Below, piece by piece: positions 56,929 to 64,000 of a stretch of 64,000 bases of DNA. A program made the translations under genes and the position numbers. The stretch is from an uncultured Gemmatimonadaceae bacterium (GTDB lineage: Bacteria; Gemmatimonadota; Gemmatimonadetes; Gemmatimonadales; Gemmatimonadaceae). The notes below the pieces were generated by a model. That model had not been told where the DNA came from. It worked only from the letters and a program-made list of their open reading frames with translations, and did no database searches. The DNA is taken from the NCBI GenBank assembly GCA_963761305.1, contig CAVXGK010000001.1, forward strand, positions 224,001 to 288,000, in the 5' to 3' direction. Position 1 is the first letter of the stretch, and every line of letters starts with the position of its first letter.

Positions 56929-57397
56929 GTTCTCGGCCATGCGAACCCTGCTGTCGCTGGTCTCGCTGGCCGGTCTCGCTGCGTGCGCACACCGTGGCGC
57001 GCCGGATCCCGCTCCCCAGACGTCGCGGGTAGGGATCTATCGCTTCACCGAGCATCCACCACAATCGAAACAGCCGTTTCAGGGCCGCGTTGGCGTGACG
57101 AACGACACAGTGGTCGTTGAAACCGAATCGGGTCCGTGCCTGTACGATCCCCACAGCCCCGCCGGTACCACGGTCATTTATCATTGCGGCGACATCACCG
57201 TGTCGTTCAACCGAACCAACCCCGTCCTCACTGCCAGGTACACCGTCAATACAACGGTGACTGACCAGCAGGCGACGTGCGCGCGACGCACGAGCGATTC
57301 ACGACAGACGTGCATCCAGCAGCGGAACGATCCGATCGAGCGGCAGGTTCCGGTCACGGGAACGCTTCACCTCGAGCTCGTCATAAAGCCGGACTGA
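56927..57397 (+). CDS. Hypothetical lipoprotein (paralog B)
   Basis: Lipobox 'LAAC'; shares 'SRVGIY.FTEHP', 'GRVGVT', 'TARYTV', 'IERQVPV.GTLHLEL..KPD' with paralog A. Confidence 0.8.
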   Translation: MFSAMRTLLSLVSLAGLAACAHRGAPDPAPQTSRVGIYRFTEHPPQSKQPFQGRVGVTNDTVVVETESGPCLYDPHSPAGTTVIYHCGDITVSFNRTNPVLTARYTVNTTVTDQQATCARRTSDSRQTCIQQRNDPIERQVPVTGTLHLELVIKPD

Positions 57398-57538
57398 GGC
57401 CGCTCCGCGACCCGCCGGCGCCCTTTCCGGCCGCCGAGCCAGCCACCGGGCTCATCCTCGAGCACGGTGGCGCACGCCTTGCCGACCAAGCTTGTCCGTC
57501 AGGCGTGCCCGCCTCACCAATCTCGCCGGAGAACTCAC

Positions 57539-57961
57539 ATGCGTCGATTGATGCTGCTCGCGCTTCCGTTCGCGCTCCTCGCGTGCGGAAGCGACAACGA
57601 CACCTCCACCTCAGTGACCCTCGCGTCGCTCGCCGGCGTGTGGAATCTGCAAACCGCGAACGGCGCGGCGCTGCCGTTCACGATCTCGAACAGCGGAGGC
57701 GTCAAAACCGAACTGCTCAGCATCAGCGAGACCGTCCTGGCGACCGGTGCCTTCTCCGGGACCGAGGTGACTCGGATAACGGCGGGCACCACCGTGACCG
57801 TGGATACCCTTCCGTCGGCCGGGACGATTTCGCTGAGCGGCACCCTCGTGAGCGTGAGCCTCACCGGCTCCGCGACCGCCAGCGGGACGTTGGTCAGCAG
57901 CACGTCGTTCTCCTTTACCGATCCGGTGACCCTCGCGTTATTCGTATTTGTAAAGCAATAA
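57539..57961 (+). CDS. Hypothetical beta-rich lipoprotein (lipocalin-like)
   Basis: GGAG RBS, lipobox 'LLAC', 'LAGVWNLQTANG' GxW motif. Confidence 0.75.
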   Translation: MRRLMLLALPFALLACGSDNDTSTSVTLASLAGVWNLQTANGAALPFTISNSGGVKTELLSISETVLATGAFSGTEVTRITAGTTVTVDTLPSAGTISLSGTLVSVSLTGSATASGTLVSSTSFSFTDPVTLALFVFVKQ

Positions 57962-57973
57962 CGTCTCAGGCGC

Positions 57974-58005
57974 GCGCACGCCCTTGCGAGGGCGTGCGCC
58001 GTTTT
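57974..58005 (+). terminator. Rho-independent terminator
   Basis: GCGCACGCCCT-tgcg-AGGGCGTGCGC followed by cgTTTT. Confidence 0.65.
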
Positions 58006-58038
58006 ATAACGTGCGACGTCGTGACGCCGCCCCGTCGC

Positions 58039-58746
58039 ATGTTCCCATCGATTCGAGAAGTGGTGAGCGCCATCGGCTTGAGCCTCGCGCTCGCGGCGGC
58101 TGTCCCCGCGCAGTCGCTCAACGCGCCGGCGGACCCGCATCGGAATTCGGTCGCCCTTTCGCTCGACGCCGGCGGATTTCCAGACGCCTTTTCCACGCGC
58201 TGCGGCGATCTCACGGGCGCGGGCGGCGGTGGCTTCGGCGCCGGACTCTCGGTGATCCATCGGCCGCGACCGACGTTCTTCGTCGAGGGCGAGCTTCGCG
58301 GGAGCTGGGAGCCTGACGTGTTCGGCTGCGACTTGGTGCTGCCCATCGAGCAGGTCTCGCCCGGCGTGTACGAGACGCGCCCTGGCTACGCTCCCGTCGG
58401 CGGCACGCCAGGCTTGCCGTTGTTTCGCACGCTGTTTCGCGCCGGTCTGGAAACGCCGCCCAACATCGCCCCGATCCTGCGCGCGACGCTGGGCGGAGGA
58501 ATGATCTGGAGCGGCCGTCCGACACCGCTCGGCTCTCTCGCGCTCGCGGTGAGCAGCAGCAATCGTGGGACGCGCGTCTACGCCGAATTCGAGGAGAACG
58601 TCGCGCGCGTCCGCGGCTACGAGACCCGCGATCGCTTTCGCGCCGACTCCACCGGCGAAACGCCGCTCGGCGCCGTCGTCGTGGGCAAGACGGCGGCAGC
58701 GACCTGGGGAACCCTCCACATCGGCATCGAGATGCCGGTCCGCTAG
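58039..58746 (+). CDS. Hypothetical exported protein (possible small outer-membrane beta-barrel)
   Basis: Signal peptide ending 'AVPAQ', alternating beta-strand pattern, C-terminal 'LHIGIEMPVR'. Confidence 0.6.
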   Translation: MFPSIREVVSAIGLSLALAAAVPAQSLNAPADPHRNSVALSLDAGGFPDAFSTRCGDLTGAGGGGFGAGLSVIHRPRPTFFVEGELRGSWEPDVFGCDLVLPIEQVSPGVYETRPGYAPVGGTPGLPLFRTLFRAGLETPPNIAPILRATLGGGMIWSGRPTPLGSLALAVSSSNRGTRVYAEFEENVARVRGYETRDRFRADSTGETPLGAVVVGKTAAATWGTLHIGIEMPVR

Positions 58747-58756
58747 GCCACGCGCG

Positions 58757-58966
58757 TCACACGGCCTTGAGACGCCCCTCCAGGTACCCGAGCACCGTCA
58801 TCCCGAACAGCACTCCCGCGAGCGCCGCGCCGCCGAGCGCCAGCGCCCATCTCGGGTAGCCCCGGCCCACCGTAAACAACAACGCGACCCCAACGAGGGT
58901 CGCGTCGATGAAAATCCCGAGTACTGCTCCCGAGAACGCGCTCCACCAGATGACGGATGCGCGCAT
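58757..58966 (-). CDS. Small hypothetical membrane protein
   Basis: 69 aa, two hydrophobic helices, packed downstream of the L,D-transpeptidase gene. Confidence 0.6.
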   Translation of the reverse strand: MRASVIWWSAFSGAVLGIFIDATLVGVALLFTVGRGYPRWALALGGAALAGVLFGMTVLGYLEGRLKAV

Positions 58967-58980
58967 GGTGTCGTGCGCGA

Positions 58981-59538
58981 TCAGGGCTTGATCAGAATCG
59001 GCGCGCCGCGTGGGACCGCGGTGAAGATCTCGTCGATCTCCACGTCCGTCACCGCGATGCAGCCTTCCGTCCAGTCCTGATCCGCCTGCGCCGCGCCGAC
59101 GGTCTTGTAGCCCGGCGGCAGCCCGTGGATCATGATGTCGCCGCCCGGCGACACGCCGAGTTTCCTCGCCTGCTGCGCATGCGGCGCGTCCGGATAGGAG
59201 ATGTGCAGCGCAAGATGATACTTGCTCTGGTCGTTCTTGTAGTCCACGCGATACAGCCCTTCGGGCGTGCGGCCGTCGCCACGCTTGACCTTGTCGCCGA
59301 CGGGCTGGGCACCGAGTGCGACCCGGTACATGCGAACTGGAATGCCTGTTTGGTAAAGCGTGAGCGTCCGCTTGGTCTTGTCGACGACGATGCTGTCGGC
59401 AATGATGTGGCTACGGACGCCAGTGACCGGCGTACGGGTCACCGTGGGCGTGCCCGACCGGACGATCACGAGCGCCGAGTCCGCCCTTCCGGACGGGATC
59501 ACGAGAGCAGCGGCGAGACCGATCAGTGGAAAGAACAT
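58981..59538 (-). CDS. L,D-transpeptidase (YkuD) family protein
   Basis: 'GDGRTPEG.Y', 'LHISYP', 'IMIHG', 'WTEGCIAV'. Confidence 0.9.
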   Translation of the reverse strand: MFFPLIGLAAALVIPSGRADSALVIVRSGTPTVTRTPVTGVRSHIIADSIVVDKTKRTLTLYQTGIPVRMYRVALGAQPVGDKVKRGDGRTPEGLYRVDYKNDQSKYHLALHISYPDAPHAQQARKLGVSPGGDIMIHGLPPGYKTVGAAQADQDWTEGCIAVTDVEIDEIFTAVPRGAPILIKP

Positions 59539-59666
59539 GCGACCGATACCAGCAACAGGTGGGACGCGCCCAGCCTCTGACGCGTGAGATCACGAATGAT
59601 GCCGGAATATACGGTTGCGCGCGCCGAGTGTTCCAGGGACGGCTCGTCGTGGCGGGCCCAGGCGCC

Positions 59667-60218
59667 TCACGCCCCTTTCTTGAGCCTCTGCAGGTACGCC
59701 TTCCTCACCTTCGCGACTTTCGGCGCGATCACGATCTGGCAGTAGGGCTGATTCGCGTTGTTCGCGTAGTAGTCCTGATGGTATTTCTCCGCCGAATAGA
59801 ATGCCGACGCCGGCACGAGCTGCGTCACGATCGGTTCGCTCCACACGCCTTGCTTGCTCAACTCCGCCATCACTGCCTCGGCCGTTTCCTTCTGTTGGCG
59901 CGAGTGATATAGGATGATCGACCGATATTGCGTGCCCACGTCCCCACCCTGCCGATTGGGCGTCGTCGGGTCGTGGATGGTGAAGAAAACGCCGAGCAGA
60001 TCCTTGTACGAGATCTCCTTGGGGTCGAACGTCACCTGAATCACCTCGGCGTGTCCGGTGAGCCCGGAGCAGACGTCGCGGTACGACGGATTGAGATAGT
60101 CGCCGCCCGCGTAGCCCGACTCGACGCGCTCGACACCCCGCAGCTCACGGAAGACGGCGTCCAGACACCAGAAGCAGCCGCCGCCCAGCGTTGCGATTTC
60201 GCTTGTGTGTTCGCTCAT
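59667..60218 (-). CDS. msrA: Peptide-methionine (S)-S-oxide reductase MsrA
   Basis: 'GGGCFWC', 'GHAEV', 'RQGGDVGTQYRS', 'AEKYHQDYY'. Confidence 0.96.
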   Translation of the reverse strand: MSEHTSEIATLGGGCFWCLDAVFRELRGVERVESGYAGGDYLNPSYRDVCSGLTGHAEVIQVTFDPKEISYKDLLGVFFTIHDPTTPNRQGGDVGTQYRSIILYHSRQQKETAEAVMAELSKQGVWSEPIVTQLVPASAFYSAEKYHQDYYANNANQPYCQIVIAPKVAKVRKAYLQRLKKGA

Positions 60219-60302
60219 GATTCCTGTTCCTCGCCTCCGCAAGTTAGCCTCTGGGGGAATCCCGGCCTTGCCGGCGACCCGGGACGCGTGCATGCTCCGC
60301 GC

Positions 60303-62159
60303 ATGGCCGAACGCCTCGCGCAAACCGTCGACATCGAGACGCCGGAGCTCGTTGTCGTCAGCTACACCGTGGCCGGCGTCGGGTCGCGCATTGCGGCGGG
60401 ACTGATCGACCTTGTTCTCTGCGTCGCGCTGCTCGTGGCCGTGTTCGCGCTCGCGGTCCTGGTCGGATCGCCCGTGAGTCCGGAAGAGATGGGGCGCGAC
60501 GGGCCCTCGACCGCGTGGGCGGCGGCCGTCGTCGTCATCATGCAGTTCGCCATCCTCTGGGGCTACTACCTGCTCTGCGAAGGGCTGTTCGACGGACGCA
60601 CGCTCGGCAAACGACTGCTCGGGCTGCGCGCGGTGCGCGATGGCGGCTACTCGGTCGGATTCGCCGCGTCGGCCGTCCGCAACCTCATGCGCATCGTCGA
60701 CCTCCAGCCGCTCTTCACCTATCTCGTCGGCATCGCCGGAATCGCCATCTCGAAATCCGGGAAACGACTCGGCGACGTCGTGGCGGGAACGATCGTCGTG
60801 CGCGAAGCGATGGTGCGCCAGCCCGTGGCGCGCCCCGAGCCGGCGACGGAAGGCGGTCCGCCATTGCCCGCGACGACGCTGCTCAGCGACACCGAGTACC
60901 AGCTGCTCGACCGGTGGGCCGCGCGGCGCGGCAGTCTCGACGCCGAGCGTCGCGCCGTGCTCATGAAGCAGGTGGCGGCGCGTCTCCAACACGTGATCGG
61001 CGACGTGGAGCCGAGCGCGCTGAGCGGCACGTTGTCGCGCCTGCTGGCCAGTGAGCGGTTGGCGCGACAGCGCGGCGTGGCGTCGCGCGGCGCGACAGGC
61101 GCCAGCCGCGAGCGCTACGCGATCGTCACCACGCGCTCGCCGCGTTGGATCGCGTTCTCTGCGCGACTGTCCGACGCGCAACGCCGCGGACTCCGCTCGT
61201 TCGACGAGACGCAAGTCCGCGAATTCGTCGAGGAGTATCGCGCGCTCTCGGCCGACCTGGCGCGTTTGCGCACGGCGACGCGCGGCTCGTCGAGCGACGA
61301 GCTGTTCTACCTCGGCCGACTCGTGACGGGCGCTCACAATCTCCTGTATCGCGACCGAAACAACACGTTCCGCGAAGTGCTGCGCTTCATCGCGATCGAC
61401 GTGCCCACCGAGGTGCGTCGCTCCGTCGTGCCGATCGCGCTCAGCGCGGCGTTCCTGTTCGGTCCGGCCGCGATTGCGTGGACCGCCGTCGCGCGCAACC
61501 CCAGCGTCGCCGACGCGTTCATCCCGACGTCGATGCTCGACCGCGCCGAAGACGGCGTGCAGCGCGCGAAGCACAAGACGGGCTACATCGAGGACCCCGA
61601 AGTATTTCGTCCGTTGATGGCGAGCCGCATCGTCGCCAACAACGTGCAAGTGACGTTCGCCGTGTTCGCATTCGGGGTCACGGCCGGCATCGGCACGTTG
61701 CTCATGCTCGTGCTCAACGGCGTGTCGCTCGGCGGCGTGATGGGCCTCTACCAGTCGAAGGGAATTCTGAAGTTGATCGTGGCCTTCGTCGCCCCACACG
61801 GCGTGCTCGAGCTCTCCGCGATCTGCATCGCCGCCGGCGGCGGTTTTCTCATTGCGGCCGCGATGCTCGTCCCGGGCGATCGCACACGCCGTCGCGCGCT
61901 CGTCGAGAACGGCCGCCGCGCCATGCGTCTCATCGCCGCGTCGACGCTGTTCCTGCTCGTGGCCGGCTCGCTCGAGGGCATGGTGTCGCCGATCCCGACG
62001 TGGCCGCTCTGGGCCAAACTCGCCGTCTCGGCAACGACGCTCGTGTTGATGGTCGCCTACCTCACCGGCGGCGCACGTTTGCGGAGCACGACGCCCGCTC
62101 CAGCTCTCCCCGCCGTCCCCGACGCCCCGGCCCTACTGTCTCTCACGAAGGCCAGCTAG
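60303..62159 (+). CDS. RDD-domain / stage II sporulation protein M (SpoIIM/DUF95) fusion membrane protein
   Basis: RDD motifs 'SRIAAGLID', 'GRTLGKR', 'RLGDVVAGT'; SpoIIM-like 'NNVQV', 'PHGVLEL', 'AGSLEG..SP'. Confidence 0.82.
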   Translation: MAERLAQTVDIETPELVVVSYTVAGVGSRIAAGLIDLVLCVALLVAVFALAVLVGSPVSPEEMGRDGPSTAWAAAVVVIMQFAILWGYYLLCEGLFDGRTLGKRLLGLRAVRDGGYSVGFAASAVRNLMRIVDLQPLFTYLVGIAGIAISKSGKRLGDVVAGTIVVREAMVRQPVARPEPATEGGPPLPATTLLSDTEYQLLDRWAARRGSLDAERRAVLMKQVAARLQHVIGDVEPSALSGTLSRLLASERLARQRGVASRGATGASRERYAIVTTRSPRWIAFSARLSDAQRRGLRSFDETQVREFVEEYRALSADLARLRTATRGSSSDELFYLGRLVTGAHNLLYRDRNNTFREVLRFIAIDVPTEVRRSVVPIALSAAFLFGPAAIAWTAVARNPSVADAFIPTSMLDRAEDGVQRAKHKTGYIEDPEVFRPLMASRIVANNVQVTFAVFAFGVTAGIGTLLMLVLNGVSLGGVMGLYQSKGILKLIVAFVAPHGVLELSAICIAAGGGFLIAAAMLVPGDRTRRRALVENGRRAMRLIAASTLFLLVAGSLEGMVSPIPTWPLWAKLAVSATTLVLMVAYLTGGARLRSTTPAPALPAVPDAPALLSLTKAS

Positions 62160-62261
62160 ATCCCAACCGTCGTTCGCAGTTGCTGATAGCTGCTGCTGAT
62201 GCTGCCGCCTAGAGTCCCGCCCCGTTCAGCGATCCCAATCAAGCCATACCAAGGCCGCCTT

Positions 62262-63623
62262 TCACAGCTGGCCGCGAGCCTTGATCTCGAGGTATCTGTT
62301 GACCACCGCCGCCGCCATCCTGGACGGCGCCACGTCCAGCACGACGAGCCCGGCCCCGCGCATCCGCGCCAGCGCCTCGTCGCGCTCGTGCACCAGCTCC
62401 TCGGCCGCCGCACTCTGGTACAGTGCCGTCGCGCCGTCGGTGCTCGGCCGAGCGGCGGCCATCAGCGCCTCGTTTTGAATCGCCACGACGACGAGCAGGT
62501 GCCGCTGCGCCGCCCGACCCGCGTAGGCGATGAAGCTCTTCGCCGATCGCACGTCGACCACGTCGGTGAAGAACACGATGAGCGCGCGGCGTCGCTGCGA
62601 GATCGCCAGCACGCGGAACGCCGACGCATAGTCGGGCTCCGTGAGCGTCGGCTCGAGTCCGCTCAACGCGCGGTGTAATCCGCGCAGCGCACGGTCGCCG
62701 CGTTGCGGCGGCATGGACGCGCGGATCTGATCGTCGAACGCGAGGAGCCCGACGCGGTCTCCGCTCGTCGCCGCCACGTCGCTCAACACCAGCGCCGCCG
62801 ACAGCACGTGCTCGAACCGAGAGTAGTGTCCCGCGAGCTGCGTCATCGCCCGGCCGCAGTCGATCAGCGAGATCACCGTCTGCGATCGCTCGATCGTCTG
62901 CTCGCGACTGATCAGCTTTCCGTGCCGCGCGGTGGCTTTCCAGTCGAGCAGGCGCGGGTCGTCGCCGGGCACGTAGTCGCGAAGGCCAGCGAACGCCGTT
63001 CCCTCGCCGCGCAGCTTGAGTGCGCGCACACCCGCCTCGCTCAGCCGGTTCTGCAGCGCGAGCAGCCGGAACCGCCGCACGTTGGTGAGTGACGGCACGA
63101 CGGCGATCGCTTCGTTTTCCTTCGGTGGCGTGACGACGATTCGCGCCAGCAATCCGAGCGGCGTGGTGATCCGCATCGCGACCGGGCCGAGCGCGTAGCG
63201 TCCGCGCGTCTCGCCGGCGAGCGTCATCGCGAACACGCGTTCATCGAGCGGCGGAACAGCATGTTCGTCGGCGCCCATCTCGCCCGACGTTCCCTCCGGC
63301 ACCCTATCGTAGAGTGTCGCGCGTGCCGGCCACGCCCACGCGGATCGGATGGTGTAGGTGACGTCCGCCGAATCGCCGAGTCCGAGCATCTCCGGCGCCG
63401 CGCGCTCGACCGTGATCGCCTCGCGCCTCGGCAGACGCAAATAATCGACGATCACCGCGGCCACGAGACCGACGATCAACGCGAGCGCGAGCGGCCCGCC
63501 GATCCCGGGGATGATCCACGCCACGCCGGCAGCGAGCACCGCGGCCGCGAGGCGTCGCGTCGGGTAGACGCGCCACCACGGGCGCTTCGCCTCGAGCCGC
63601 GACCACCAGCTCTCGGTGGCCAT
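62262..63623 (-). CDS. DUF58 domain-containing protein
   Basis: 'FAGLRDYVPGDDPRLLDWKATAR', vWA-like 'DCGRAM', 'FFTD'; follows a MoxR gene. Confidence 0.9.
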   Translation of the reverse strand: MATESWWSRLEAKRPWWRVYPTRRLAAAVLAAGVAWIIPGIGGPLALALIVGLVAAVIVDYLRLPRREAITVERAAPEMLGLGDSADVTYTIRSAWAWPARATLYDRVPEGTSGEMGADEHAVPPLDERVFAMTLAGETRGRYALGPVAMRITTPLGLLARIVVTPPKENEAIAVVPSLTNVRRFRLLALQNRLSEAGVRALKLRGEGTAFAGLRDYVPGDDPRLLDWKATARHGKLISREQTIERSQTVISLIDCGRAMTQLAGHYSRFEHVLSAALVLSDVAATSGDRVGLLAFDDQIRASMPPQRGDRALRGLHRALSGLEPTLTEPDYASAFRVLAISQRRRALIVFFTDVVDVRSAKSFIAYAGRAAQRHLLVVVAIQNEALMAAARPSTDGATALYQSAAAEELVHERDEALARMRGAGLVVLDVAPSRMAAAVVNRYLEIKARGQL

Positions 63624-64000
63624 CAGGTCGGCGCGACCGTCCGTGTGAGAAGCGCGGCGAGCACCTCGTCGGTCGTGCGCCCTTCGACCCCCAACTCCGG
63701 AGCGAGGATCACGCGATGGCGCAACACGGCCGGCGCGCGCGCCTTCACGTCGTCGGGCGTGACGAAGTCGCGGCCGTCCATCACCGCGCTCGCCCGCGAC
63801 GCGCGCATGAGCGCCACGCTCGCTCTCGGCGACGCGCCGAGCACGAAGCTCGGATCGTCGCGCGTCGCGCGCGTGATCGACGCGATGTAGTCGCGCACCT
63901 CCGGCGCGACGTGCACCTGGTCCACGAGCTGCCGGCACTGCCGCGCCTGCTCCGCCGAGAGCACCGATTCGATGATCACCATCGCGCCGCCCTTCTCCGG
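63623..64000 (-). CDS. MoxR-family AAA+ ATPase (C-terminal part; 5' end outside window)
   Basis: 'LGASPRA', 'GRDFVTPDDVK', 'VLRHR'. Confidence 0.88.
   Translation of the reverse strand, partial: PEKGGAMVIIESVLSAEQARQCRQLVDQVHVAPEVRDYIASITRATRDDPSFVLGASPRASVALMRASRASAVMDGRDFVTPDDVKARAPAVLRHRVILAPELGVEGRTTDEVLAALLTRTVAPT

Noticed and set aside
52811..57400. Intact prophage or integrative element at tRNA-Asn
   Set aside because: No integrase, transposase or phage genes are visible; only repeat scars.

Overview
High-GC bacterial chromosome segment, most likely from a Gemmatimonadota-like organism (inferred from gene content and style, not verified). Most of the window is housekeeping or envelope genes: two MacB/FtsX permeases, bshB1-kynA-iscS-mnmA, grpE-dnaJ, a long minus-strand run of ffs(SRP RNA)-dnaX-ybaB-recR-mglB-mglA-pgsA-cinA, a sugar-catabolism run (tal, pyk, pgi, fba) ending in a sigma-54 regulator, secreted hydrolases and peptidases, hrpB, an ADOP permease, msrA and a MoxR/DUF58/RDD-SpoIIM cluster. 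The standout is at 52.55-52.88 kb. A sigma-70-type promoter fires almost directly onto a 21-codon ORF with 5 Asn codons, followed by mutually exclusive protector, antiterminator and terminator hairpins and then a tRNA-Asn(GTT) gene. This looks like ribosome-mediated transcription attenuation of a tRNA gene by its own cognate codons. Downstream is a small accessory region with degenerate copies of the tRNA-Asn locus, a 21-bp-period array, duplicated lipoproteins and an HTTM gene pair. Other oddities: an SRP RNA with a CCGAA pentaloop, a G12 run in dnaX, a frameshifted acyltransferase, and a dispersed octamer repeat that has invaded coding sequences. All calls come from reading motifs by eye; no searches or folding programs were run.
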